From: the human T2T-CHM13v2.0 reference genome, Homo sapiens
Assembly: GCF_009914755.1 (NCBI RefSeq)
Contig: NC_060931.1
DNA: 64,000 bases
Direction: 5' to 3' (one strand)
Of this stretch, positions 15,731 through 27,872 are shown piece by piece. Both the position numbers and the translations under genes were made by a program. The number at the start of each line of letters is the position of its first letter. Position 1 is the stretch's first letter. The notes beneath the pieces were generated by a model that saw only the letters and a list, made by a program, of their open reading frames with translations, searched no databases and was not told the DNA's origin.

Positions 15731-17570
15731 AAATTAATACGTACATAAAGACATATTTAGAAGAATATATGTCCAGACACATGTACAGAGTTGTTATTTC
15801 TGTAAATTAGAGTTTCTTGGCAATTTTTGCTTCCCTTTCCATCCCTAGATTGCTTAATTTTTTTATATTGATCATGAATCTGTTTTACTAAAAAAAAACT
15901 ATTTTCAAAAGCAAGAAAACTTCCCCAGATTTTCGGTGTTTCAGAAAACATGGTGATTCGAGAGCCTACTTTTTAGGGAAATGGATTTGCAGGAAACAAT
16001 GGAAATTGTCAATGTAACCTGAGAATTTTAGTAAAAGCAACAAAAATCCTTTGTCCCATATGGTGAGAAGCAAAACAGGCCGCTGGCCCGTCCTGTGTGT
16101 TGTGGTTGCCGTGGAGAGCTTGGCCTTCTGAGCCTTTGGCAGGGCCTAGCCAACCTGACCTTGCTCACAGCTGAGGCTCAGCAGCAGCAGGGCCTTTGTG
16201 GGAACTCGCCTGCCCCTCCCAGTGAACTATGCTTTGCTTGGTGCCTGGCCAGCAAGGAGGCGAAGTTTGTCTGCTGTTGTTGACCTGGGCTGGTCTGCCT
16301 CCCTGTCCTGAACACCAATTCCAGCATCTCACCTTGCTTGACTGTGCCCCAGCGGGGGCGTTGGTGCCTCTCATCTCACAATTGCCTCTGTGACAGAGCC
16401 AGTCTTTGATCTCGCCTCCAGGAATCCAATTCCTCTCAAAGTCTGTTAATCCCTTGGGTCCACGGGTTATTCCCGTACAGCATCCCCACTCTGATTACTC
16501 ATCTCAACCGTGGCTGATCTTTGCATTTTGACCTTTGGTCCCTGTCAGGCCACAGGCCCTGTATTCTATTTGTGATGCAGAGACTTATGTCCTAACTGTT
16601 AATATGTTCACATAAACACACACGCCACTACAGTATCATTAAAATGTTTTCTAAAATTTGTCATAGAGCAGTACTAGCATTTATATCCACATGGGATTTT
16701 GAAAACGAATTATATAGTTCTATTTTGTTTTCCATTAATTTATTATTTTCAGTTTAACTTGAGGTACAGTCAACATAACCTCAATATCAGATGATGTCTA
16801 CTTTTAAAAAAGCAAATATTTTGAAAACATAGAAAAGTACAGAGAACACCAAAACGAACACTTGTGTTCAGACCACCCAGATTTAGCAAATGTTAACATT
16901 TCATAGTGATTGTTCCGGGTCTAAAATTCTCATTTTAAAATTAAATTTTACTTCTGTATGTGGGCAGAGCGGGCCTCAGGGAAACAGTGAAGCTGTGAGT
17001 GTTCCCTCCCTGCTGTCCCCTGCCCTTCTGTTGCAGGTGACTGACCAGGCATCTGTGGCCCTTGATGCCACACAGGGCCATGCTGGGCCTTTCCCAGCAC
17101 AGCTGTGCTGGCAGCTGCTCCCCGGGTCTCTCCATGGAGCACTGGAGTCCTCAATTCTAACAGAAATGATAGAACTGAGTAGCATAAAAAGCTGCAAGCC
17201 AAAAATGAAGGAAAGTTTATTAGAACAAAGGAAGCTTATTGTAACTCTGTAAGCGGGGGTGCTCCAAGCATCTCAGAAAAAAAGAGCCCAGGAAATGAAC
17301 AGCTGTTGGAATCCCAGTTTGCTAGTGCTTCTCTCTGCTTCATTCTTTAATCCTATTCCATTTGCGTTTTGGAAAATAGCCTCCCTCAGCTTCGAAATTT
17401 ACATGTGGTATGTCCAGCCACATAAGAGGCTGACTATTAGACCTCGGTTGCCATGACACAGGTCGAGATGAAAGAATCTCATTGTCTCCTCTCTGGTCTA
17501 GTAAACTCTGGTGAGGAAGGTAAATATGAGGCTAGAATGACATGTATGACAAATATGAGGCTAGGAGGAC

Positions 17571-17903
17571 TGTATTAGTCTGTTCTCATGCTGCTAATAA
17601 AGACATACCTGAGACTGGGTAATTTATAAAGGAAAGAGGCTTAATGGACTCACAGTGGCAGAAGAAGGAAGAGCAAAGGGACTTCTTACGTGGAGGCAGG
17701 CAAGAGAGAGCTTATGCAGGGGAATTCCCATTTATAAAACCATCAGACCTTGTGAGACTTATTCACTACCAGAAGAAAAGCATGGGAAAGAACCGTGCCC
17801 ATTATTCAATTACCTCCCCCCAGGTCCCTCCCATGACACATGAGAATTATGGGAGCTACAATTCAAGATGAGATTTAGGTGGGGACACAGCCAAACCATA
17901 TTA
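17571..17903 (-). mobile_element. THE1 (MaLR) solo LTR
   Basis: tgtattagtctgttctcatgctgctaataaagacatacctgagactggg...ggggacacagccaaaccatatta. TSD aggac/atgac. Confidence 0.93.
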
Positions 17904-18603
17904 ATGACACTTCTGTGATCCTGTGGATCTGGGGAGTGATGGCGATGATTTCAAGAAGGAAACCCCCTCTCCTGCACATGGCTACATATTCTCCAGGGAA
18001 CAATTATTGCAGTCTGAGAAGCACACAACAGGGATATCAGCAAAAGCTAGGAATGCCTTTCTAGCCCAGATATCTAGCACTGGGGAAAGCACAAGATATT
18101 GCTGGTGGTGAGGAGAACAATGAAGACAACTTGTTTTTTGGGTGGCCCACGGGTCATTAAAAGTATCACAGGACAGGATTTGTGTATGGACAACAATTCC
18201 CATATTTACAAATGAACAATGCTCTAAGAGTTGGGTTAATGTTGCTGTGTTTCTTCAATCAGTGCTTAGGCTCTATTGTGTCAGAGATTTAGCTGGTTAT
18301 GAGAAAACAGTGACAATCCAAACCCAAACTTTTTCAAAGGGCTAACAGTTTTACGTTGACCCTGCATGCGTATTATAAAAAATTAGCTGCATTTTTGAGC
18401 AATATCTCATAAAATGCACACTTATATTTCTTTCTATATTCATTCTCATTTCTAAAGGTATGTGTCTGGGTTATTTTTACCCTTGTAAGCCGTTTCAAAT
18501 CTTTTCTGAAATAAGCAAGATACACATAAAGGTGTAAAATGATGTCATGTTTATATTTCCATACTACCTCATAGAAACCTGAAGCATACGGCTACTAATA
18601 ATA

Positions 18604-20557
18604 CAATGATGTGCTTCATAATGACGTTTCAGTCAATGAAGTGGTGGTCCCATGAGATTACAATGGAGCTGAAAAACTTCCATTGCCTAGTGACCTCATA
18701 GCCATAGTATGTGGTAGCGCAGTGCATTACTCACATGTCTGGGGTGGTGGTGGTGTAAACAAACTTACTGTGCTGTCAGTTGTACACAATTCTAGCATAT
18801 AAGTAATTACTGTATTATACTTTTTTTTCTTCAACTTTTATTCTAAGTCAGGGGTACATGTGCAGGATGTGCAGATTTGTTACACAAGTGAACGTGTGCC
18901 ATGGTATCTTGCTGCACGGATCATCCCATCACCTAGGTATTAAGCCCAGCATCCATTAGCTATTCTTACTGATGCTCCCCCTCCCCCAAGCTCCACCAAC
19001 AGGCCCCAGTGTGTGTTGCTTCCCCGACGCGTCCATTTGTTCTCATCATTCAGCTCCCGCTTATAAGTGAGAACATGCAGTATTTGCTTTTCCGTTTCTG
19101 TGTTAATTTGCTGAGGATAATGGCTTCCAACTCCATCCATGTCCCTGCAAAGGACATGATCTTGTTCCTTTTTATGGCTGCATAGTATTCCATTGTGTAT
19201 ATGTACCCCATTTTCTTTATCCACATTTTCAGTCTATCATTGATGGCATTTAGGTTGATTCCACGTCTTTGCTATTGTGAATAGTGCTGCAATGAACACA
19301 GGTATGCATGTATCTTTAGAATAGAATGATTTATATTCCTTGGGGTATATACACAGTAATGGGATTGGTGGGTTGATGGTATTTCTGGTTCTAGGTCTTT
19401 GAGGAATTGCCACGCTGTCTTCCACAATGGTTGAACTAATTTATACTCCCATCAACAGTGTAAAAGTGTTCCTTTTTCTCCACAACCTCGCCAGCATCTG
19501 TTATTTTCTGACTTTTTATTAATAGCCATTCTGACTGGCATGAGATGGTGTCTTTTTGTGTTTTTGATGTGCATTTTTCTAATGATCAGTGATGTTGGGC
19601 TTTTTTTCCTATGTTTGTTGGCCACATGTATGTAATTACTATATTATACTTTTATCGTTATTTTAGAGTGTGCTCCCACTTACATAAAAGGTAACTGTGA
19701 AACTGCCTCAGGCAGGTCCTTCAGGAGGTATCCAGAAGAAAACATTGTTATTATAGGAGGTGACAGCTCCATGCATGTTACTGGCCCTGACAGCCTTCCA
19801 GTGGGACAAGATGTGGGAGTGAAAGAGGGTGATACTGATGATCCTAACCTTGTGTAGGCCTGGCTAATATCTGTGTTTGTGTTGTAATTTTTAACACAAA
19901 GTTTTTTTTTTAATAAAATAAATTTTAAAATAGAAAAAAGCATATCAAATAAGGACATAAAAAAATATTTTTGTATAGCTGTGCAATTTGTGTTTTAAGC
20001 TGTCTTACTACAAAAGAGTCAAAAAGTTTAAAAAATCAAAATGTATATAAAGTTAAAAAGTTACAGGAAGCTAAAATTAATGTATTATTGAAGAAAGGAA
20101 CATAGTTTTTATAAATTTAGTGTAGCCTAAGTGTACAATGTTTATAAAGCCTACAGAAGTGTATAGAAATGTCCTAGGCCTTCACATTCTGTCACCACTC
20201 ACTCACTCACTCACCTACCCAGAGCAACTTCGAGTCCTGCAGGCTCCATTCATGGCAAGTACCCTATACATGCGTACCATTTTTTATATTTTATCCCATA
20301 TTTTTACTGCACCTTTTCTATGTTTAGATACATAAATGCTTACCATTGTGTTACAGTTGCCTCCAGTATTTAGTGCAGTCACATGCAGTACAGGTTTGTA
20401 CCCTGGGAGCAGTAGGCCATACTGTGTAGCCCTGTTGTGTAGTAGGCTGTACCATCCAGATTTGTGTAACTGCACTCTATGATGTTCGTGCAGTGATGAA
20501 ATAGCCTAATGACACATTTCTCAGAACATAAGCCTATCATGAAGTGACGCACGACTG
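18604..20557. mobile_element. Tigger3 (Tigger3b/MER7-like) split by an L1PA
   Basis: TIR-like ends caatgatgtgcttcataatgacgttt and atcatgaagtgacgcacgactg. About 1.1-1.2 kb without the L1. Confidence 0.85.
18821..19631 (-). mobile_element. 5'-truncated L1PA (older primate subfamily) 3' end
   Basis: ggggtacatgtgcaggatgtgcag...ataagtgagaacatgc. TSD GTAATTACT(G/A)TATTATAC at 18803-18820 / 19632-19649. Confidence 0.95.
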
Positions 20558-21448
20558 TGTTTTGACTATAAAGACAGTAACCATTTCTAACATTTTTTTC
20601 CGAAGAAAATAGTTTTTAAGCTCGGGCTTGGGCTGGAGAGCAAATGTCTTCCCTGAAGTCTCCTCTAGTGCATTGGGTCTCATAAGCCACAGATAATTTG
20701 TTGGCTATTTTTATTTGCTGATGACAAGTCACTTCTCTAGGCTCTTCAGCCCTCAAGTGTTGCAGATTTCACTTTCTGAGGTCATGGCTGCAAGACACAT
20801 TTTCTTGACCAGCAGCTGTGGCCTGAGTTTTAGATTGACAGTGAAATGCATAGAAACACAGCAGGCTTCCCCCAACACCAAGATGTCTCAGCTTTAAGGA
20901 AGATACAGGACTGATGCCAATACTGCATGGCTGGTGACTCCTGGGCTCAGCCTCTGAATATCTCCCTGTCACTCCCCAGGAAGGGTGAGCAGGTGGTCAC
21001 GGGAGGAGGCTGAGAGCATGGAGAGAAACTCAGCTAAGGGAGTCATTTGCTCTGGGGTCGCCTCAGCTTTTGTCTTTGCTCTCATCTCAGCCACTGCAGG
21101 GTATGTGGGCTGCGCCCGTGCCGGATCAGCTATGCGCATCAAAGCCCCTTACTCACGACTGCTCGGCAGTGGAGGCAGTGAAGCACAGGCACTCGGTCCA
21201 TCCAGTCCTCAGTGTGTTCTTGTCCTATGTTCAGTATACCCCCATAATTCCTTGACTGAGTGCTGCGAGAGAAAATGCACCACACAAGAGTCAAGTCCTC
21301 CTGTGTCTCTGTGGGTAAACAAAAGTTCACAAACCAGCTCTTCAGCCGGAGCCATATCTTCCCCATGTTTGTATGCTAAGCACAGGGTCTGGCATATACT
21401 AGGTCCTTGGTCAAAATTTGCCCAGTGAATATACACTTTTGACCTCAA

Positions 21449-21760
<312 letters not shown>

Positions 21761-21945
21761 TGAATTCTAATTATTTCATATGCAGGTTGTTTCATGTGCC
21801 TAGTGTTTATAAACGTTAAGTGATTGCCTAGCTAGTAATTTCTTTCTATTTTAAAAGTAATATCTATCAAAGGTGTTTGTGCTGTTAAAAGGCACGAGGA
21901 TGGTAACATGAAGTCCCAAACTACTTCTTTCCATCTGTGTTTCAG

Positions 21946-22154
21946 ATTATTTGAATATATTTTGCTGTATAAGGATGGAGTGATGTTTCAGATTGACCAA
22001 GCCACCAAGCAGTGCTCAAAGATGACCCTGACACAGCCCTGGGATCCTCTTGACATTCCTCAAAACTCCACCTTTGAAGACCAGTACTCCATTGGGGGGC
22101 CTCAGGAGCAGATCACCGTCCAGGAGTGGTCGGACAGAAAGTCAGCTAGATCCT
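21946..22154 (+). CDS. EPDR1: EPDR1 exon 2 (209 bp, internal coding exon)
   Basis: Acceptor ttccatctgtgtttcag|A at 21945/6 and donor TCCT|gtaagg at 22154/5. Translates (R)LFEYILLYKDGVMFQIDQATKQCSKMTLTQPWDPLDIPQNSTFEDQYSIGGPQEQITVQEWSDRKSARS, recognised as mammalian ependymin-related protein 1, with an NST sequon. Confidence 0.97.
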
Positions 22155-23305
22155 GTAAGGGTTCAAAGAATCTAAGCATTGTATTCAGCATGCATGATGG
22201 GGAAAAAGGTTTAAGTCCTTTAAGGAAGGTAGTTTTTAGGGAAACATCCGCTTAATCAAAAATTTTTTAAAGCCTCCACTTAGGTCTGCAGGTTACTTTG
22301 CTCACTATGTGGCAACGGGATCTAAGCTTCATATTTGAAACACCTCAGCCTTCTAGTGCCACCTGCACCTCTCTGCCACTTTGGCTCCTGTGAACTTAGC
22401 CTTGATTTTGACATTTTATGGTCGTCCCGAGGTCTGTGACATGGAAGGCATCTGTCTAAGGCACACATTTGAATTGGGTGCCTCCTTTTCTTTCCCCCAC
22501 TTCCTAAAGTTGCAGGGGTCAAATCTACTCCCATCATGCTGAGTGTGCAAACCAGCCTACTTTTATGTGAAGCCATTCTCTGCCCTGCTGCTGATATACG
22601 CCTATCCCAAGACAGTTTTTACCACACAGGCATTCATGCTGTGGAACACAGTATGGTGATTTCTCAAAAAATTAAAGATAAAACTGCCATATGACCCAGC
22701 AACTCCACTTCTGTATATATATATATGCCCCAAAGAATTGAACGCAGAGACTCAAACAGATATTTGTACACCCATGTCCACAGCAGCATTATTCACAATT
22801 GCCAAAAGGTGGAAACCCAAATGTTCATCAACAGATAAATGGATAAACAAAATCTGGTATAGTCATACAACAGAATATTATTCAGCCTTAAAAAGGAAGG
22901 AAACACCAGCACATGCTACAGCCTGAGTAAACCTTGAGGACATAATGTTAAGAGAAACAATGCAGGCAGAAAATGACAAATACAGTACAATCCCACTTAC
23001 ATGAGGTATGTAGAGTCGTCAAATTCATAGAGACAGAAAATCGAATGATGAGTTCCAGGAGCTGGGAGAGGAGGAATGGGAAGTTCGTGTTTAATGGAGA
23101 CAGAGTTTCAGTTTGGGAAGATGGAAAAAGTTCTGGAGATGGATGGTGCTGATGGTCAACAAATGTGAATGTACTCAAGGCCACCAAACACTTAAAAATG
23201 GTAAAATGGTAAATTTTATGTTATGTACATTTTACCACCATAAGAAAAAATATGAACTTCTTGCCTGTCTTCTTTATTCAAAAGTCAACTTTTTTCCTCT
23301 TATAG
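22155..23305 (+). other. EPDR1: EPDR1 intron 2 (1151 bp, GT-AG, phase 1)
   Basis: GTAAGG...TTATAG between in-frame exons. Confidence 0.95.
22636..23250 (+). mobile_element. L1MB 3' end in intron 2
   Basis: gccatatgacccagcaactccacttctg...ttcacaattgccaaaaggtggaaa...aaaatggtaaattttatgttatgt. Confidence 0.9.
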
Positions 23306-23502
23306 ATGAAACCTGGATTGGCATCTATACAGTCAAGGATTGCTATCCTGTCCAGGAAACCTTTACCATAAACTACAGTGTGATATTGTCTACGCGGTTT
23401 TTTGACATCCAGCTGGGTATTAAAGACCCCTCGGTGTTTACCCCTCCAAGCACGTGCCAGATGGCCCAACTGGAGAAGATGAGCGAAGACTGCTCCTGGT
23501 GA
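23306..23502 (+). CDS. EPDR1: EPDR1 exon 3 coding part (197 bp, to stop TGA)
   Basis: Acceptor ctttttcctcttatag|AT at 23305/6. Phase matches exon 2 (T|AT = Tyr). Translates YETWIGIYTVKDCYPVQETFTINYSVILSTRFFDIQLGIKDPSVFTPPSTCQMAQLEKMSEDCSW*, the ependymin C-terminus with DCYP and FxPPxxC motifs. Confidence 0.97.
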
Positions 23503-24589
23503 GCCTGTGCATAGGGAAGCGGCAGCATCGGATGTCAGCCCCCTGCGGCCCCAGCTGGAGATGGATATGAGACTAGTCAAGATGTGAATGCTAATTGGAG
23601 AGAAATATAATTTTAGGAAGATGCACATTGATGTGGGGTTTTGATGTGTCTGATTTTGACTACTCAAGCTCTGTTTACAGAAGAAAATTGAATGGCGAGG
23701 GTGTGGCCATATGAACTGACTAGATGGCTAATATGGACACTTTGGGTATTTCTAATGCCTGTTCAGGGCTGGTTTTCTGCATGCACGGGTATACACATAA
23801 TGCAGTGCCATGCACATAGGGAAGGGTCAGTAAGAGAAGTTTGCCTTGGCAGCAAGTATTTATTGTTGACATTATTCAGAATTAGTGATAATAAAAAGCA
23901 GAGTGATTTTGGTCAATTTTATTATTAATTCTTAAATTCCCTGCAGAGAATGCCCCCTTTATTGCTGCACCAGGGTGGGCATTGCTCCCACTGAGCCCTA
24001 CTCCACCCTGTCCCTGCACTCCCTTGGTTGCCAAAAAAATGATAACTTAAATCCCTTCCAGACTTAAGAATTTTATGGCATGGCCCAATTGATATAAACA
24101 TTTAGAAGGAAATGAAAAGCTAAAATAGGAAGTAATTATTCCTCTAAAGAAACATTTTGAGCAAGGCAGTTTAGAGAATCCTAATGTCTACACTGGCATA
24201 GCACGAGCCATGTAAGCTTCTTTTTTTTCTATGCAAGAGTATTGATGTATGTGCTGAATCTTCACAGACTTGTCAATACACAGGCAGTATTCTAAAATAG
24301 CACTGAACAGGGAGTCAGGAGACTATTGTCTCCTAAACCCAGGACTAGAGTTCCCTCGTACTGTCACTCCTTTGGTCATTAAATGCACTGGGCTTGCCCG
24401 CACTTTGGCCTTCCTAGAACGCTGCTTCATAACCTCTCTGTCTGACTTCTGCATCTCCTTCCAGGTCAGCTCATTCACAAGAGTTGCTCCCAAGCCTGGA
24501 TGAGTTGCACCTTGCATCTTGAGCATGCATTTCTCACAATAATTATTAAGCTGTGTGATAATTTCTGCTTTCAGGACACTCATCCATTA

Positions 24590-24705
24590 TCTTGGCTGTG
24601 AGCTCCTTGGGTACGGGTACCTTGTATGTTTAATTTTATATCCCTAGCACAAAGCAAGTGCCTGGCACATAGTCAGTGCCCTAAGTATTTGTAGAGTGAA
24701 GAATG
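24590..24705 (+). mobile_element. L2 3' end within the EPDR1 3'UTR
   Basis: ctgtgagctccttgggtacgg...gtgcctggcacatagtcagtgccctaagtatttgtagagtgaa. Confidence 0.75.
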
Positions 24706-25012
24706 CCAGCCTCTCTTGTCCCTGGTTTCCTTATGTGTTGAATGTGGTTGAGTTTGTCCATTGCTAGGGAGAGACTTCCAGTAATAAAATTTACTATTCT
24801 AGATGCTTCTACTGTTATGTTTTATCTGCCCATTTATCTTTCTTAGTTACCAGGAGAAATGTGTGACACCTATATTATAATGAAAACAATCTTATTACTT
24901 ATAGTTTATCTATATTAAACAAATTTAATTGCATTTAAAGCATTCTTTGATATTGTTGCTTTTGCAATAAATATGGATAATCTTGGTTATAAGGGAGTTA
25001 AAACAATGCTGT

Positions 25013-25022
25013 AATAAATAAA
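25013..25022 (+). terminator. Distal polyadenylation signal (two overlapping AATAAA)
   Basis: gtAATAAATAAAgtgtttcatgtgatca followed by T/GT-rich tttgttat. Confidence 0.75.
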
Positions 25023-25069
25023 GTGTTTCATGTGATCAAAATCAAATTTGTTATCCTCTCTCAAAAGCC

Positions 25070-25440
25070 TGCTCTCCCTCTTACCTTCCCTAAACTCCAG
25101 TGTCCATTTGCCAAGGCCAGAAGCTTCCAAGTCATTCTTGATCCATTTGTCTCCCTCAGTCCTCACTGGCAGTCAATATCCCGAGTCCTATCAAAATAGC
25201 TCTTAAAACTTCTGCCTCTTCTCCACTCCCTCAGCCACCACCCAGCTCTGGGCTCTTAACATCATTGGCCTTTGCAGGATCTTCACACCCTCTGTCCTTG
25301 CCCTCGTCTTTTTTCTCTAGAAGCCATCCTGTGTTCATTCATTCATTCATTCATTCACTTGGTCAGCCAAATCACAAGCCAGTACTAAGCACCTGCTCCC
25401 TCCAGTGCCCATGCAGGTTCCTGGGGTTGCAGAGGATTGT
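25070..25440. mobile_element. L2 fragments including a (TTCA)n tail
   Basis: ccatttgccaaggccagaagcttccaagtcattcttga; ttcattcattcattcattc...taagcacctgct. Confidence 0.55.
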
Positions 25441-26642
25441 GAAGTTTGGCCATGCAGGCATCTGAACCTCACAGACAGGGAAGAGTTTCGCAGCTGCATT
25501 CTAGGTGGCCCAGCCTGCTAACGCCTTTGTGACCATGTTTGCCACACTTCCTGTCTCCCCAACCACAGAATGATCCTCTCCTCTCCAAGCTGCACATCTC
25601 TCCTTAGCCCTGGGACTTTGTCTTTGCCCATTGCAGGCCACAACCTTACTCAGAGAGAGAAGGAAACTCCTTTTATTTTATGGAGGCCCATGCAAAGTGG
25701 GTACCCTTTTGTTTTTCAGTTGGCCTGTTTTGGTTATTAAGCCACTTCACAGAAAGGAGTAAAAAGTCCAGAAGGATTTGACATCTGGTCACATCTGATC
25801 TGATGGCGCCCTGCCTCTGTGGTTCTTCACTGCTTACAAGTAAAGTGGAGACCCCATAGCATGGTGGACACACCCTTTTTCATCAGGCCTCTGAGTCTTC
25901 CCAGCCTCACTCCTTGGCACAGTTTCTTCTTTCCCTAAATGCCCAAAGGGCTTGAGGAGTAATGGCTGGGTCACCTCTTGGTGGCAGGAAGGTTTCCTTA
26001 CTCTGCAGTCTTATGTAAAAACTTTCTAGTGGCCACCAGAGTCACAACGAAGAGGGCTATTAAATAGGTATGGACTTGTACCTATTAATAAAGTGCAGTA
26101 TCCCAGTGCCTCACTCATCTGCAGAGGTGGTATCACTGATAGTGGTCTGAGCCAGGGCTGGGTACCACTTTGTGGATACCCCACCTCATATGTCTCTGAA
26201 CTTTATGCTGCACTGGAACAATTTACTTCTACTTCTCCAAAGGAAGCCTTGCCACTTCCAAATTGCCAGGATCCAGGCAAGCCCCAGGGTGTGCTTGACA
26301 TACACCTGCCTTCAACTCTGCCACCCTGAAGGCCCAGCTCTACGACAGAGCCTTCACTCCCCCTATCTCATGGGCCATGCGGAGTCAAGGAGGCCCAACC
26401 TTTCTGTCCCCAATTGCTCTGTCATCAGGGTGAGTTTCTTACCATAAGCTTTGCTAATTGAGATTCCTAAAATTGGGACACATTTTAAAATTCTTTAAAT
26501 ATTTAATGAAGGCCAAGAATTTTAGGTCTTTGGGAAATTTTTCAATTAACTACTAATAATTTCCCGCCAAATTAAATTTGACATAATTTGAAAACAAAAC
26601 GCTCACCTCTTGCTGGGTTTCCTTTACCAAATCCACTTTCTC

Positions 26643-26846
<204 letters not shown>

Positions 26847-27435
26847 TCAAATCACTTTGCCTATATATCTACCTGCAGCATATGGGGTGTTTTTACATTT
26901 TTCCACTTACGTAGATCTTGTCTTTCTACATCCACAGAAAGCACCTCAAATGCAGGAATGCCATTCTTGTCATTCTTGTTGAGTGAAAATAATTTATATT
27001 GAATGACAGAGTAAGCCTCCTCAGCCAAAGACTTGTGAATAACTGGTGATATTTGAAGGCTTTGTAGGTGAACACCTCTTTAAGAGACAAATTTAACTTT
27101 ATTTATGGATATTCTGATATCAACAACCATCTCTTTTTGGAATGATGCTAAGATAATAAATGATTAGAACATATTTTTATTTGTTTTAAAGCAGAATTAT
27201 TAGCTCAACTGCATGTGTAGAAAAAATACTGGGCCTATGATTTGTTGTATAGTTTATTCAGGGAGAGAGATGCTTCCCTTAATGATATCCTAATTTTAAA
27301 ATTTATACTGTTTTCATTAGAGCAAAAATGAACACTTATTTTCAATATTTATTTCATATTTAAAGTTGGAAAATATAATGTAGTCTCAGCATTCAAGGAG
27401 TGGGCTATAACTATCCTATAATTTAGAAATAATAT

Positions 27436-27872
27436 CAAAGACTTGGAACCAACCCAAATACCCATCAATGTTAGACTAGATAAAGAAAATGTGGCACATA
27501 TACACCATGGAATACTATGCAGCCATAAAAAAGAATGAGTTTATGTCCTTTGTAGGGACATGGATGAAGCTGGAAACCATCATTCTCAGCAAACTAACAC
27601 AAGAACAGAAAACCAACCACCACATGTTCTCACTCATAAGTGGGAGTTGAACAATGAGAACGCATGGACACAGGGAAGGGAACATCACACACTGGGGCCT
27701 GCCAGGGGGTGGGGGGCTAGGGGAGGGATAGCATTAAGAGAAATATCTAATGTAGATGATGGGTTGATGGGTGCAGCAAACCACCACAGCACGTGTATAT
27801 CTATGTAACAAACCTGCACGTTCTGCACATGTACCCCAGAACTTAAAGTATAATAATAAATAATAATAATAA
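27436..27872 (+). mobile_element. L1PA 3' end (about 430 bp)
   Basis: aaagacttggaaccaacccaaat...gtaacaaacctgcacgttctgcacatgtaccccagaacttaaagtataat. Probable TSD AGAAATAAT. Confidence 0.95.

Larger units (their letters stand above)
23503..25040 (+). other. EPDR1: EPDR1 3'UTR (end approximate)
   Basis: Follows the stop codon in the last exon. Ends in an AT-rich block with AATAAA at 24966 and overlapping AATAAATAAA at 25013-25022. Confidence 0.8.

Noticed and set aside
18940-19425. ORFs resembling the L1 ORF2 C-terminus
   Set aside because: Part of a 5'-truncated, frameshifted L1PA that cannot be active.
20985-21428. Longest ORF in the track (147 aa)
   Set aside because: GTG start, no recognisable homology, intronic. 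Its length is explicable by locally higher GC.
21908-21945. In-frame ATG just upstream of exon 2 (MKSQTTSFHLCFR)
   Set aside because: Overlaps the polypyrimidine tract and acceptor, with no promoter evidence.
23113-23305. N-terminal part of the 129-aa ORF that includes exon 3
   Set aside because: L1MB and intron sequence that happens to be in frame. The real exon starts at the AG at 23305.
23500-23514. Stop-codon readthrough of EPDR1
   Set aside because: The context is TGA-GCC rather than TGA-CTAG, and an in-frame TAG follows after three codons.
23278-23667. 129-aa antisense ORF over EPDR1 exon 3
   Set aside because: Shadow of the real coding exon with no recognisable domain.
27700-27730. 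G-quadruplex motif
   Set aside because: Standard G-rich tract of the L1PA 3'UTR, not locus-specific.
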